Of a stretch of 64,000 nucleotides of DNA, positions 63,491 to 64,000 are shown piece by piece. The notes beneath the pieces were generated by a model, which was given only the letters and a program-made list of their open reading frames with translations, was not told where the DNA came from and searched no databases. Source of the stretch: Raillietiella orientalis (lineage: Eukaryota); assembly GCA_036172245.1 (NCBI GenBank), contig JAYWIR010000020.1:1984001-2048000 (forward strand), given 5' to 3'. Numbering within the stretch: the stretch's first letter is position 1; each line of letters opens with the position of its first letter. A program made the translations under genes and the position numbers.

Positions 63491-64000
63491 CGGTAGCATT
63501 ACTGCTCTTACCCAGGAACTCCGGATATAGGACTCCGGGTATCATTACTGAAGATTAAAGCATGAACAGCGGACATCCTTTATGAGAATGCTGTTGAGCG
63601 GAAAATAAGCCTAATACGTTGCCGGACTATTGAGATCCAGTGATTCACACCAAGAAATCCGGAGAATCGATGATGATCTTGAGAAAATTCTGTTGGGTGA
63701 TCGTCACGTTGAGGGTGAGCGTATCCCAAGGACGGGTGTGTGTTGCCACCTCTTCGAGTTCGGATAACGCAGGAATGAGCTGAGAATCCTCCCCCCCCCC
63801 TCTCCTTCCTCAACTTGACCGAGGAGGTTTCCGTGATCCCTGCTTTCGCCGGCTTTCGAGGACGTCCTGTCCTTCACGACAGGACCTTCTTCCGTCTCCC
63901 CCTGGTGAAACCAGCGTGGTATCAACTTTCACCCCGAGGTTGCAGCTGCGAGCAGCTGTTGGACTGCCGGAACGTGGGGTCGCGGGAGGAGACCATGAGA

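Noticed and set aside
1..64000. CRISPR array, rRNA, prokaryotic operon or LTR element
   Set aside because: No repeat-spacer periodicity, rRNA motifs, gag/integrase motifs or LTR pair seen; spliced genes show the DNA is eukaryotic.

Overview
Eukaryotic (animal, most likely arthropod) genomic DNA with two compartments. Bases 1-~11,800 are AT-rich and hold an intact 9-exon minus-strand DBHS-family gene (NONO/SFPQ/NonA/Hrp65-like, 537 aa; introns as short as 41 nt). Bases ~11,800-64,000 are more GC-rich and densely filled with decayed non-LTR retrotransposon fragments (L1/Tx1-, CR1/L2- and Jockey/I-like), most of them on the minus strand. This compartment also holds two endogenised negative-strand RNA virus nucleoprotein genes, both on the minus strand and both abutting LINE ORF2 fragments: a chuvirus-like N at ~32,850-33,861 and a probable qinvirus-like N at ~26,225-27,043. 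It further contains a broken WH1/MESR3-like host exon, a tRNA-headed SINE-like family, an inverted pair of TTAA-flanked piggyBac-like MITEs with a near-identical core, and the 3' five exons of a minus-strand fasciclin (FAS1) gene. The strand-biased archive of TE, viral and host fragments next to a housekeeping promoter resembles a uni-strand piRNA cluster; this is inference and needs small-RNA data. All protein-family calls come from motif recognition by eye, and TE fragment boundaries are approximate.
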